Assembly: GCA_001642005.1 (NCBI GenBank)
Contig: LWCA01000207.1
Coordinates: forward strand, 1 to 40,190
Length of the DNA: 40,190 bases
Origin: Intoshia linei
Taxonomy: Eukaryota; Animalia; Orthonectida
Direction: 5' to 3'
Each line of letters begins with the position of its first letter. Positions within the stretch are counted from its first letter, which is position 1. The translations under genes and the position numbers were made by a program. This document shows, piece after piece, positions 1 through 12,689 of the stretch. The notes under the pieces were generated by a model. It was given only the letters and a program-made list of their open reading frames with translations, was not told the DNA's origin and ran no database searches.

Positions 1-1122
1 TATACCAAAAGGTGGAAATTTGTACAGCGATGACTATGCTGAATTAGAAAAACTATTTAATGCCTATAAAATACTGGAAAAAAAGTTAAAATTAAATGGA
101 TGAAATTACCAAATATGTCAAATGCCAGATATAACATCCGCGCTAATTTAGCATTAATGGCATATATTTTGGGTTTTAGAAACATAAGTTTGGCAGAATG
201 TTGTATTTTTTTTTAAATCTTTTGTTTAATACATGAAAAAAATGTGTGTCAATAATACATCAATCAAAAATGTACGAAAAACTAAATATGTCTCTTAAAG
301 GGGAAAAAAATGCATTTTTTTCGTAATAAACGCAAATATACATCTCAACCGAAATTGAACGTACTGTTGACAAACGATGTAGCTAATGATCTCTCTCAAG
401 GCTAAATATTTTAAAAGATCGCTCCAGAAATATTTCAAATTTAAGAAAAAAACTAATTCTTGATGTGTATCAGAAGTTGATCCTTTTTAATTGATAAATT
501 CATATATATTTTTGGTTTTTTTATTTTAATAATATATTTTAGATTTTCAACTATGTCGTATTACACTGTATTATAATATTATTATGGAAGACAGGAATCT
601 AGACTATTGTAATTTAATTTAGAATAGATAAATAATGTCGTATTTACATATTTTTAATTATTAAAATATGAATACAAAGTTGATTTATAGTGTATTTAAG
701 TTATATTAGGTATAAAGCTTATTCGTTTTATTATTAAAAATTTTAGTCTCTATTAAATTAAGATTAGAAAAACCTTTTTATGGCATGGTTATATTTTTTT
801 AATTGGATTTGTGGGTCTTACAAGTGTTACACCTCTGTTCGACGTCTTTCTCTGTTTAACTCAACAAAATTTATCAAACAATGAAGATATTTCGTGTAAT
901 ATTCATATTTGTTGTTAATTTTGATATATCAACCAATGAGAATTTAGATAATAATATATTTTTCAATATTTTTTAGGATAATCTTTATTTGCAGTGCGCA
1001 GCTCGACCACCAACATTTACGGAAAAATAAAAGTCACATAGTACTCTAAATATAAATACTAGCTTAATTTTTACTAAGGCTAAGAAAAACTCGACAAAAT
1101 TTCTACTTTTTGAAACACCCTA
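1..1122 (+). mobile_element. Degenerate hATm-type DNA transposon, right part (runs off window)
   Basis: 1-170 translates, with a frameshift, to DDYAELEKLFNAYK...LPNMSNARYNIRANLALMAYIL. This parallels NDYSELAALCEAYK...PGALSRARWNSRAIYLLKYAIL in the 4675-7021 element. Ends tttgaaacacccta, the reverse complement of a TAGGGTG... terminus. Confidence 0.6.
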
Positions 1123-1184
1123 ATTCACACCCTCATAAAAATATTCACCCCTTGGGTGACCAGTCACCCCCATGAGAAGCACTG
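1123..1184. mobile_element. Right end of a hAT (CAGTG-terminus) MITE
   Basis: Ends gagaagcactg, like the other CAGTG...CACTG MITE ends in the window; left end not seen. Confidence 0.4.
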
Positions 1185-1220
1185 ACATAGTATGATACTG
1201 AAAGGATTTATTTACAAAAA

Positions 1221-3771
1221 CTAAATTTGAAGAGGTTTGTCGCCACAGAAAGGTATCCATTTGAACAAATGTGGATGTATGGTAATGGGTTTTTTGTAAT
1301 TAATAATAGTTTGAACTTTTTGAAGATAATCTTTATTGACGCACACATAATCAGAACCTTTCCAATGAATGAGCATATTATACTTTTTCAAAAGACCACA
1401 CACATCTATAAGGTGTACCCAAGTCGCTTTACTTATTGTTTCAAGATCAAAAGTAAAATTGACAATTTTAATCTGTTCTCTTTTGACTGTTTTTAAATTT
1501 GAATAAATTGCAATTGCTTTGCATTCATCTCCATTGTAAGTAGAATTTTTTATAAGATAAGAATAATAACCATCAATTTCACTTGAAAGAAAGTTGATAA
1601 TTTTCCATAACCAGAAACTTTCATAACCTAAATAAAAGTTGAATATTGTCATTTTGATAAATACCTAGAGCTCCTAAATCAGAAAGAGGTTTTTCAGGTG
1701 AACCAATTTTTTGTTCAATTCTCGATAATTCATAACTAAAGGAGATGAGGAATTTACCAAATCCTCTACGTTGGAAAGAAGGTAACACCATAATACAAGA
1801 GAGGTTGAAATTTTGAAAAGAAACTTTTTCTTTACTGAAAAAACCGATAAAATGATAAAATCCTTCGGAATCTTTTTCAGTCAAAACATAAAATAAAAAT
1901 GCTCCAATATCGAAATATATTGATTTTTCGTTTAAAAATAATTTGGCCAGTAAACATAAACTTTGACAGAATCTTTGATGATATGTAGCATTTACTTCGA
2001 AAACTGAAATTTTTTCACTAAATATACGAATAAAAATTAAAGTAGTGATAAATATCAAAGGGTATGTCACATAACACGACGAAATTTTTGTAAAATGGGG
2101 GCCTCATTCCACCAAATTGACCATTAAAAAAATGATTCTTGAATATTATAAATATCTCGTGTGTTAAATTTAAAATATCAAGTTAACAGCCTTGGAGAGG
2201 TCATTATGGGTATATGTACTTTGTATAGTTTTTAATAATTTTTTTAGGGACATATTTTTCATTTTCTGGTGACCTCAAGCTGAGTAGGTTAGGCTCTGGT
2301 TGTCACAGTTACAGAGAATAAAGATAAAATCCCACAAAACTAATTTTTAAATTAATATCAAATCTAAGAAAAATCTATTCAAGAAACATTTAATTGTACA
2401 AAATTTCCAAAAATAAATCTGTTTAGAGGTAATTTTAACAATTTTTTAATCGAATTACAATAAAATTTCAGAAAAATACATTTTAAAAGAAATTTTATGT
2501 GCATTTTTAAATTTTCATCGAATTAAAATAAAATTTCAGAAGAATCCATTATTGAAGTAATTTATTCTACACAATTTTGAAAATAGATTGAAATTAATTT
2601 TAATTAATATACTGAATTACAAATTAAAATTGAATACGTAGAAAATACTGATGTTGTGCCAGTTTAATCTTACTAGTTATCATATAATCGCATTAAACGA
2701 AAACTGTTCTGAATTATTACCATAATTAATTTTAATTTTATTAAGAATAAATCCAAGTTAAACTTACAATTTGAAACATGCTGAATTTAATATTTATTAT
2801 ATTTCGAGCTAATCCGGTCAGCTAGTTAAAAAGTTGATTGACTGGGTTAAACAAAAATTTGATTATCTGATAATTAAACAGACCAAACCTAAAAACCATT
2901 AAATCTTAGTCTGAGTTTATATTACAGTATAAGAGTCTTCCGCACCTAAAGAGTATTTTCAGCCAAATTTCTGTAACCAGTCACCCTTGTAATCACAAAT
3001 TACCTTCTGTATATTTCATTTCCAGGTGGTTTATAGCAATCAACAGAGGTTTGACAATGACAAACAAAAGTATCTTCATCAGACATGTACCTCAAGCAAA
3101 ATTCACAAATGTATCTAAATAATCCAATACTGCAGTAAAAAATAAAATTACAATAATTTGCTTTCACCAAACGGATCAGGATACGGAGAAAAATACCAGG
3201 TTTCAATCAAGTGTCCGCCAATTTGTATTTGTTCGATTAATTTAGAGCGAACATTTTTTGAACTAGTCACTGCAGATTCATTGACTTTTTCGTCATAATT
3301 AAGAGACAAGGTTTTGAGGTTTTGGTATTTGTCTTCATCAAATTCACCGTTATCGTCGACTGCTTCAGAATAAAACATTTTATTATAACCAGTCGAGGCT
3401 GATTTTTTTAATCTTCCTGGTCTAGCACTAGATTTGAAAGATTCTTGGTTAATCCAAGTATCCCATCGATGGTTTTGATATAAAAAATGAACAAAAAACT
3501 CGTATTCCTCCGATTGTGCATATTTCACAATAATTGGTTTATCTTTATCCCTTTTTTTTTTTTTGTCAATATTTGAGTCATCACTGATTACATCACATTG
3601 ACTTACATTTGAATCATTTTGATTAATTAAAATTTTCGAACTATTTAAATCAGATATCTTTCGTATGTCTGCAATTTTGCATTTATGAACTTCTCCATTG
3701 TGGTTTATATTGTAATAACCTCCAATATAGAAAATTAAATCTTTTTTATCATTTTCTGTTAATTTATTCAT
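1221..3771 (-). CDS. MYST-family histone acetyltransferase (KAT8/MOF- or KAT5/Tip60-like), 4 exons: 3771-3152, 3114-3004, 2017-1665, 1627-1221
   Basis: Chromo-barrel ([16 protein letters not shown]), [10 protein letters not shown]2HC finger (CEFC...H...C), [22 protein letters not shown], acetyl-CoA motif [11 protein letters not shown], catalytic [15 protein letters not shown] introns of 37, 986 and 37 nt join in frame. Confidence 0.93.
2075..2180. repeat. Dispersed repeat; diverged reverse-complement copy at ~8095-8195
   Basis: cacgacgaaattt...ggcctcatt...gaatattataaat...gtgttaaatttaaaa matches the reverse complement of 8095-8195. Confidence 0.55.
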
Positions 3772-4213
3772 TTACACATTTGAGTTTACTTTGGACAAAT
3801 TAAAATTCATTTTAAATTTTGACGAATAATTATATTCAAATTCATTGTGCGATTTACCTAACTTTTCTGTCTCATTGACATTAATTCTTACTTTTGCGCG
3901 TTAGATTAAAGTTTAATTTATTATTTACATTAAATCGCCACTTTTGTCTTAATTGTTTATCTTATCTTAGTTGCTTTAACGTTTACACGGATTAAAGATT
4001 AATTAACTGTTATTGAAATCAATGTAATTGACACAAAGTTGACTCAATTGTATGTATTTAATTATTATAATTCAGATCATAACACAACAGTTAATATAGT
4101 GTCAAATTTCAGTTTCTGTCTTTTTCTTTAAAGTTACATTTCACGAACGATTTATTATGTCAAACATGAAATTTTAAACAGTTTGATGGACGTACATTTC
4201 TTTTTGTATCAAT

Positions 4214-7200
4214 TTATTGATTGCAGAAGTTTTCTACTCTTAATTTCAAAGATAACATTTTCCGTATTCGATTTTTACCGTGAGATTGAAATTTGTGATG
4301 AATTGGTGGAATAGTCGAGCCATATTTAGAGTGGTCTAACTCGTCCCTGTTTACCCATTCCTGAGTGTATTTAGTTGTAATTTGTTTTAATTGCACTTTT
4401 CGATTTATTTGTCTATTTCGGTGTTGATCAATGTCCGGCAAAACATTTTCAAAACTTTTCAACTTTCTACTATTTTTTAATTTAAAATTTCTCATATTTT
4501 CAATATCTCTAATTAAATGTAGAGCCATTCTATCAAAATAAATGGTAGTATGTTTGTGCAGTTTAGGACTTTTTTCTTCAACGACTTCATCAGTAGATAT
4601 TGTTGGAACATTTTTCGTTTTCAATACACCAAGTTCTTTTCGTTTTCTAGTTCTATATCTAAGTGTATCAATATTAGGGTTGGGAAATTTTTTTTTCGTA
4701 AAAAGCCACCAATTATACTATGAGTAATTGTATAAAAGTCATATTACTTTAAAAAAATATAAAAAATCCTGATGCGCATTTCAATTTAACGTTCATATGG
4801 TTCTCATTTTTATAGACACGTTAAATATGTTCAAATTTAACATAAGAAACGAACTTCATATCTATGATATGATATCAATAAACGTTATCTTAAAATAAAC
4901 TTTTACTACACTTAACAGGTTAAATGAGATAATGTAGTCAACCATAAATATTATATTATCGTCAATTTGTTTTAAAAATGACTAATAAAAGAAACAAAAT
5001 GTATGGAGGACTAATTGATAAAAAATTGTCAAATTTTTCACGTTTACCTCGATACAAGGATATCTTAGGTAGATACCACTTTTTACAAAAGGAAAGTAAA
5101 GGATCGTCAACATCATTGATAGTTTCAAATATGATTTATGAAATTAATACATTATGGACTAAAATGTCAATACCAGTAATGAGTAATTCTAATATAAAAA
5201 GGAATATATTAAATTTCATAAAAAAATATAAAACCATAAGTAAAGGTCACTCTAATAAATCTAAAATGAACAAATTTAATGACTCTTTAAATAATATATT
5301 TGACGCAACACCCCCTTGTCCAAAATTTTTGTGTTACGAGGATAAAGAATTTTATAATTTACAAAAAACATCTGGTGGATCTATTGGTTATATTTCAAGT
5401 AAAACAAGTGTTGTAAAATTACACCCCTCCCAAATAGAAAGAATGCAAACTAGAATTGATGAAAGATATGAAATTGAACATATTTTGTCAACTGAACAAT
5501 ACGTATGAAGAATATGATGCCTTAGAAGATGATTTTAAACTAAATGAAAAGGTTGATTCCAAAATATTTGTTTCTGGTAAGCAAATAGCTTAAATTGCAG
5601 AAAATAATGGATATGCAGTAAATTTAACCTCTTACATTGCTGAGAGTGTATTAGGTTTGGTTAACATAAAATGTGCAAAACGCGGTGCCATTCAAAAGGG
5701 TTTGTCTGATATTAATACTACAAATTAATTAATAAAATTAAAACTTGCAAATATTACTGAGTTTTCATTACAATTTGATATAAAACCTAATGGAAAGCAC
5801 TATATGTCGATTGCAGTTAATTCTAGTGAAGGTGGGTATTTACTAGGAATGAAGATCATACAAAATGGAAGAGCAGAGACTATAACAGTGTTACTAGTAG
5901 ATACAATTAACAGTTTTGATATATTAAATAAAATAAGATAAAAATAATAATATGTGACACAACCAATGTTAACACTGGTAAACATGGAGGCGTCGTTAAG
6001 AAATTAAAGGATATTATATCTAGTGTTTTATATCACCCCCTGTCGATTACACGTGTTAGAATTTTACATCATTACTTAAACTTTTTTTATAGATACAACT
6101 ACCTCACCAAACCTTGAATATTACTTTATTAAGGAAACTTTATTAAATTTTAATGATTGGCTAAAGAATTATATCGGCGTTGGAGATAAAATTATATATC
6201 CCAAATCAAATAGGAATGATTATAGTGAATTAGCAGCTCTCTGTGAAGCTTATAAAATAAAACTATTATCTGGTCATAACCCAAATATTGATTTTAAAAA
6301 GCCTGGGGCTTTATCAAGAGCACGGTGGAACTCTAGGGCTATTTATTTGTTAAAATATGCAATTTTAAAAAATGATATTGAACCTAATATTCAACGGTGT
6401 GTTAGTTTTGTCGCCAATCATTGGGCTCCGGCATGGTTCAATTGTAGAAGGACGATCGATGATATGGTTTATTTAAAAGAATATATTTTTAATAAAGCTT
6501 TACAGATATATCAGAATAATAATGATATCTTCAATTTACAACTTCTGGAAATAGATCTGTGATAAATAGAAATAGATAAATCTGTGAGCGATCTCTATCG
6601 GTCTTGCATACGTTTGTCGATAGATCGCCTAAATCATATGAAACCAGAATATTGAATTATTTTAATAAATTGTAAAGTGATAATATAATACATTAAATGA
6701 TCTTATACTTCAAATTAGTTGATTTGGTTATTATTTTACATATTTATTTTGCGATATATTTTCATATCAATGTTTTATTATACTAAACTCTAAATGAAAT
6801 TCTATTAAATTTTGTTTATTTCATTTCAATATTGGCAATATTTTATTTTCTATTCACTATAATATAATACAATGTCTATCGTAATTATTATCACTCATGC
6901 GCATAAGATTATTTTGAATTTTTTGATAATTTTTCCTATAAAGCTTCATCAATCATAATTTCTCATCTTGGAATAATGGGCTTTTTTAAATATCAAAAAT
7001 ATTAAAATTTTCACAACCCTAATCAATATATTGTATAAGTTATAATATATAATTTGTAATATTATGTAAACAGTTGTTGAGAGCCAGAAATGAGCGTGAC
7101 CAGTATAAAATAATGTATTATATACACAGAGTATGCAACATTAACAAAATTTTTCAATACAAAATAAGTAATAGACCAAATGATTGCAAATGCGTTGACA

Positions 7201-7496
7201 TCATTTCCAATCCTCTGCACAACCATGTATGTAAATTACTATAAAACGTTAAAAAATTACAATTTTGAATCAACTTGACTCAGGTTTATTGGCAAACATT
7301 TTTTAATATCAATTATAAGATATTTTGCTTCCCATTTCTGACGATCCATTTGACTTAAAAATGAAACCATTTCATTTTTGGCTCTTGCGATTATTTTGAT
7401 TAATTCATTCTCTGCTCCACGATTTTTCGCGTTCACATAAGATACGGATTTATAACTGATAATACTGTTTTTTGATGTGTTTGAATTAAATTTCAT
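4214..7496 (-). CDS. Hypothetical basic protein, 2-exon model (7496-7261, 4658-4214); intron holds a hATm insertion
   Basis: ORF 7257-7496 ends in a phase-2 donor (tt|gtaatt). The acceptor cttag|a at 4659/4658 restores the frame into ORF 4214-4624 (L-YRTRKRKELGVLKTK...). No family recognised. Confidence 0.5.
4675..7021 (+). mobile_element. hATm-type DNA transposon, both ends present, transposase disrupted (~4978-6700)
   Basis: TIRs tagggttgggaaattt / aaattttcacaacccta. Perfect 8-bp TSD atcaatat (4667-4674 and 7022-7029). Motifs LWTKMSIP, EDKEFY, CDTTNVNTGKHGG, CRLHVLE and PGALSRARW are split by stops and frameshifts. Confidence 0.88.
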
Positions 7497-7983
7497 TTTA
7501 TTTTTACAATATATTTAATTTCATAAATTAATCATTTTCCATTTATGTATCATATTAACGTCAGTTTGGCGATTCATTGTAAATTTAAAACAATTATATA
7601 TTTTACTTGGCCATTCTTAGTCCATTATTCATAATAAATATTATATTGTTAAATCAATGAATGATTGAAATAATTGGACTATTGTTTTAAGTCTACTTTT
7701 AATCCTGTATACTTATTTTAAAACAGTTTTAGAATTAATTTTATAGTTCAGAAATAAAAGTTCAATTATAAATTGTATTTAAAATATGACAGTGAAACAT
7801 AATAAGTTATTATTAATAACATACTCTGTAATAATCATTTATAACTTGTTTGACTGTCATGTACTTGGTACAAACAGTATCTAGCTATGCCAAGGTGGAC
7901 TTTTTTAATTATACCATAAAAAATTAATCATTTATAAAAGTGTATTAAGTTAAGTATATTAAGTTATAAAAGTTATTATATAA

Positions 7984-8040
7984 CAGTGGTTTTCAACCTT
8001 TTTGTATTCGATCCCTCATGAACATAAAAAATTTTATATA
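7984..8040. mobile_element. End of a hAT MITE; same family as the end at ~36615-36669
   Basis: cagtggttttcaacctttttgt...aacataaaaaatttt matches the reverse complement of 36615-36669. Confidence 0.55.
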
Positions 8041-8663
8041 TATTTCAAACATGTTACTATTACCAACCTATTAAAGTAGTGGCCCAAATTATATGATTTT
8101 TAATTTATCACACAAAATAGTTATGATATTCCAGAATATAATTTTTAAATGCACCATTTGGAAAAATGAGGCCTCATTTAAAAACATTTCGTTGAGGCCC
8201 GAAGAAGATATTGGTTCGGTACGTTCAGAACTGATTCATTATAGGCTCAGAGTTTTGTTTTGAATAATTTAGCGGGATGGCGAAATCGAATACGTCTTTT
8301 AGTTCGATCAACCATGGCCAATGGCCATGTATGTTTTTTATAATTTTTGAAAAAGTAAACTAAGATTATTTAAAAGATGACGCAGATTATCATATTAGAT
8401 TACAGCAAGTTTTTTTTTTTATTTCAAGATAATTCTATCCCAGTAATTAAAATGGAATTATTTTTGTGTTTGGTTGGTTATCCACTGCGCAAGATAGATT
8501 TTTTTAACATAATGTTCGAATGATAACACTATAATTTTAATTTAAAAAAATTGTATCTTTAGAGCCAAAACCTCAAATTACCCTTCTTTTTTTAATGAAA
8601 TTATTAAAAAAAAGATTGTGAGATAGTTTTTTCATATTAAAAATACACACAGTTAGTGGTAAT

Positions 8664-9295
8664 TAGTGATTGTGCCAGGACAAAATTCCCGGGATTTCCC
8701 GAAAAAAATTGAAACATACCTAGATTTGATTTATGTTTGTTATTACTATGAAAATATGATTATATTATAATATTTAAAATTTACCATTTCAAAAATCCCA
8801 CCACTAATAAAATTATATCAAAAATACCATTTCAAGCCCTCATGGAAAAATTGACTTACACTGATATTCTTTTCAAAAATACGATTTTACAAAATCTTCT
8901 GAAAAAAACTCATTTCATCAAACCACAAATAACTAACGCTTTAGGGAATTATTCTCTTTTGCCAATATTATTTTAAAAAATATTATGAGTTGTTACGAAT
9001 TGGAACGCTATTATCAAGATTGTTAAAATTAAAGGAAGCCTTTACCGTTCAACCTACGTCAACATAAAATGAAAGAAATTTCTCTACAGCTTCTAATTTC
9101 GTTATAAAACGTAGAACGCGTTTAAAAGACGAATCTATCAATATTACGTGTGTTTTGAAACACTTTTTCAACAATCTAAAATAAATAAATTTTTTTCATA
9201 TTAAATTTGTAAATTTCAATCTTGATTCGTGTTATTTCATTTATTAAATTTTTTTTTCTTTTTTAAAATTGATTAAGGTCTTTAAAATTTTTATA
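8664..9295 (+). mobile_element. Degenerate hAT element carrying the C-terminal dimerisation region
   Basis: ~8920-9295 is a diverged reverse-complement copy of ~12750-13130 (QPTST*NERNFSTASNFVIKRRTR). Starts tagtgattgtgcc...ttcccggga. Confidence 0.75.
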
Positions 9296-9381
9296 AAAGG
9301 TGTTTCTATATTCTAAAATATAATATATAAAATATATGCATGAATGATATTGATCAAATAATAATTTTACAAAAATCTTAC

Positions 9382-12300
9382 TATGACATAATCCGTTTGG
9401 CCTATTATATCCTATGGTGCAACTGCGACAGTAATTTTCAGTACAATCAATGCATCCATCGGTACATGCTAAAAGTAAATATATATTCGATTGGTCGTAT
9501 CTTAACACTAGGTTAGTGGTTCTCATAATTTTTTGGTTGGCGGTAAATCTTATAATCAAGACAATTTTAAATGTTTAAAATTAAAAAAATTCATCCATCC
9601 ACAATATGGAGTCCGCACGGTGTTATTATTTTACACATTATTTTTACATTTGCCATCATGGTTCAGAACGAAACCAGGAAAACATTTTAAACAATCCCAA
9701 CCTGGGCAAACAGAACAGTTTGATACCGTACACTCTAAACAAATACAGCAAATAAAAGTATCAATCTACCTCTACAGTCCTCAAATGCATCTAATCCAAA
9801 GCCTGGAAGGCATTTTGTGCATTTTTTATAATCGCAATTCCAACAATTATCAAAATTGCATTCTACAAAAAACATGTATTATTAAATAAATACATGTAAT
9901 AATATGATTAACTAGGTTGATTGTTATGTACTACATACAAACATCACCATGCTCTGCCGAGGGCACATTTTTATTCTACAAAAAAATAAATTTACGTTGA
10001 AAATCTAACTTAAAAATCCTACTATTAACTATTATGAATCCTTTAAAGGAGTGGTTCCCAAATTTGTTTCAGGTGGAACCATCATATGAATTACTTTTTA
10101 CTTTAAAGTGAATTATTCCATCTTAATTTTGTTTTGTTAACATTTTGATAAAGAATTTTAAAAACGATTGTTATCCCATTTTTTAAATTTATTAGACAGA
10201 CTGTGGGTATAATATTTTAAATAAAGTAAAAACAGTTCAATCCTAAAAATTGCCATAAATAGCATAAATTCCATAAAAAATAAAATTATAAAAACCTATT
10301 TTGTCAATTTCAATGTGATAATATATATTCAACATCAATTTAATAAATACTTAAAAATACCAATTATGTATTTATAATTAACGGTATCAGCACTTTATAA
10401 ACATATTTCAGATGAATTTTACCAAAATTACAAAGGATTGTAATAAATTTAAAAATAATAATAACAAAGTTGTACAGTGGAATCCGCTTATATAAGACGC
10501 ATCGCGACCAAGCAATTTGTTTCTTATAACCGGACGTCTCTTATATCCGAAAAAGACTTTAAATATATAAAATGTTAAGTAATATTTATGTCGTATAGAA
10601 TGTGTAAAACTGTGAAATGTACACATTCTATAGGCAAGTCGTAGAATGTGTAAAACTTTCATTTATATTTTAGTTTAAAAGATGGATTTTAGTAATTTTT
10701 TTTAAACCAAAATTTTAAGGGGGGTTTTTAAGATTTTTTTTTGATTACAGTTTTACACTTGTTTAGCACTTACTTTTTCACCATGTGCTCTTTTGTATTT
10801 AATCTGGTTTCTATGTTTCCATCTGGCAAGCAAACTATGCGTATATTTAAAGTCATGACAGCCTAATTCTTTTGCAAATTCTTCAGCTTTTCTTTGAAGA
10901 ATTGGACCGTTAATACTTACTCCTCTCTTAATTACAATGTTAAACCACCTACCTAAAGCATTTTCAATTTCGGGGTTTTTGCCATCAGGTTTTCTTTTAA
11001 AATCTTTATGAATTGTTTTTGATCGTTTTCTTAGTTCATCTTCATTTTTTAATAAGTTACCGATGGTACTTCTTGGAACTGATAGGATATTTGATAATTC
11101 TCGATAAGATTTGGTACTGTTGTAAGAATGAATTTTGTCCAAAATAATTATTTTCTCTTCTAATTTTAGTGATTTTCTTTTTAACGCCATTTTGGAGGTT
11201 AAACTTGATTATTAAAACAATTAGTCGAAATGTTCAAGTTTTAAAAATCATTTTCTACAAAAATGTAATAATTTATTTTAAAAAAATCTTGAATATTCAT
11301 TTTAAAAAACAAATTGCCTGTCCACTATAAGCAGATTTTTGTCCCTTATATCTGTCTGTCATTTATATACAAAACAAGCGTTTGATTCTGTTTTTAACTT
11401 TTTGTCCCTTATATCCGGACGTCTCTTATAACCGGTGTCTCTTATAAGCGGATTCCACTGTATTACTTTTAGAAAAACAATTTAAAAATATATGAATACT
11501 AAAGTGCTTTTTTTACCGTGAAGGCGTCACTTTCTCAGTTGAAATTTTTTGTATGTGTTAACAGGATACAACTGTACTACCTGTAAATTTTTTTATTGAA
11601 GTTGTTTTTATTAAAAAATGTGGTTTTAGCCCTGAAGATATATATTTTTTTAAATTTAAATTTATTTTAATATTTAGAATCCGTTTCAGAGTATATATTT
11701 TTGAACTTGGCTGATTTTCGAAAAAAAAACAATTGGGCTTTTTGACCCATAAAATGTGAGTTTGGGAGGTTGAAATTTATCTTACTAACACGCTGGAAAA
11801 AACTGTAATATATATGTGGAGTTAATAAAATTTTACGACTGGTAGTTATTGAAATAAACGATAACACACACAGACAAATAAATCATATTATTAATTGTTT
11901 ATTTTTAAACAAAAAATATACTTATGCACTTATGCATGTTATTCCAATTTCCTGTTAATCTATATCCAGGTTCACATTCACTACAATTATCTGCGTTTGA
12001 ACACGTCTTACAGTTTGTTACATGGCAATCTAATAAATATTAATAGGCATGGATAATATACATATGTATAATAAATATATAATAATCAAGTATAGCAAGA
12101 TTACAATAGCATGATCTTTTTTTAATTCTATAGCTAACTTTGCATTGTAGACATTCGTATTGAGAGCAATTTAAACAAGCATCATCTTGACAAGTTAAAG
12201 ATAATTATCTTTAGCATGTTTAACATAATTCATACAGTAGCATGTATTATTCAGTAATCCAAAATGATAGGTACATTTAGTACACCAACTATTGAAATAC

Positions 12301-12448
12301 TTGGCACAGTAAGGTATATAATGCACAAAATTGGTATTGGACATTGGTATTCAGTATAACACCATCTTAGATAATAATTTAATGATGATAAATATATACT
12401 TACCCACAATGCAAAGGCACACAACGACACAAAGAACAACCGTCCATT
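9382..12448 (-). CDS. Cys-rich repeat protein (furin-like/growth-factor-receptor Cys-rich type); partial, possibly a pseudogene. Exons 12448-12404, 12365-12236, ~12200-12105, 12029-11922, 9862-9770, 9734-~9640, 9468-9382
   Basis: AG/GT-bounded ~90-nt exons translate to CHVTNCKTCSNADNCSECEPGY, CNFDNCWNCDYKKCTKCLPGF, CTVSNCSVCPGWDCLKCFPGF and CTDGCIDCTENYCRSCTIGY. One apparent frameshift near 12322. First and last exons not found. Confidence 0.75.
10475..11460 (-). mobile_element. Internally deleted Tigger/pogo transposon
   Basis: Perfect 18-bp TIR cagtggaatccgcttata at both ends, TA on both flanks, subterminal cttataaccgg/cttatatccg repeats. Confidence 0.93.
10753..11190 (-). CDS. Tigger transposase N-terminal DNA-binding region (HTH_psq + CENP-B-type HTH); no DDE domain
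   Basis: KRKSLKLEEKIIILD...VPRSTIGNLLKN...IENALGRWF...INGPILQRKAEEFA...RWKHR...HGE. Confidence 0.85.
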   Translation of the reverse strand: MALKRKSLKLEEKIIILDKIHSYNSTKSYRELSNILSVPRSTIGNLLKNEDELRKRSKTIHKDFKRKPDGKNPEIENALGRWFNIVIKRGVSINGPILQRKAEEFAKELGCHDFKYTHSLLARWKHRNQIKYKRAHGEKVSAKQV

Positions 12449-12689
12449 CTAAAATATTATAAAACGAATTTACAAAAGATTTACTTGAATTAAACATGAC
12501 TTCTTAAAAATTATTACAATTGAATTTCTGATTTATATTGGAATAGTAAATAGAAAATTTTCGCGAACCTCTGGTCGTACTAATTAAATGCAAAGCTAAC
12601 CAACATAAAATGCAAGAAAATTAAAATTAATCATTGCGTTCATGAACTTCGGCATTATGTTCAACCGGGAAATTAAAAATTAAATTCAC

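Larger units (their letters stand above)
9912..11890 (-). mobile_element. Non-autonomous Helitron-like element interrupted by the Tigger insertion
   Basis: 11499-11890 matches the reverse complement of 33640-33990. 9912-10190 matches the reverse complement of 21400-21686 and ends, on the minus strand, in a short imperfect hairpin followed by CTAG|T. Confidence 0.6.

Noticed and set aside
10589-10660. Short direct duplication gtcgt(at)agaatgtgtaaaact
   Set aside because: Only two copies, inside the Tigger; a local slippage event.
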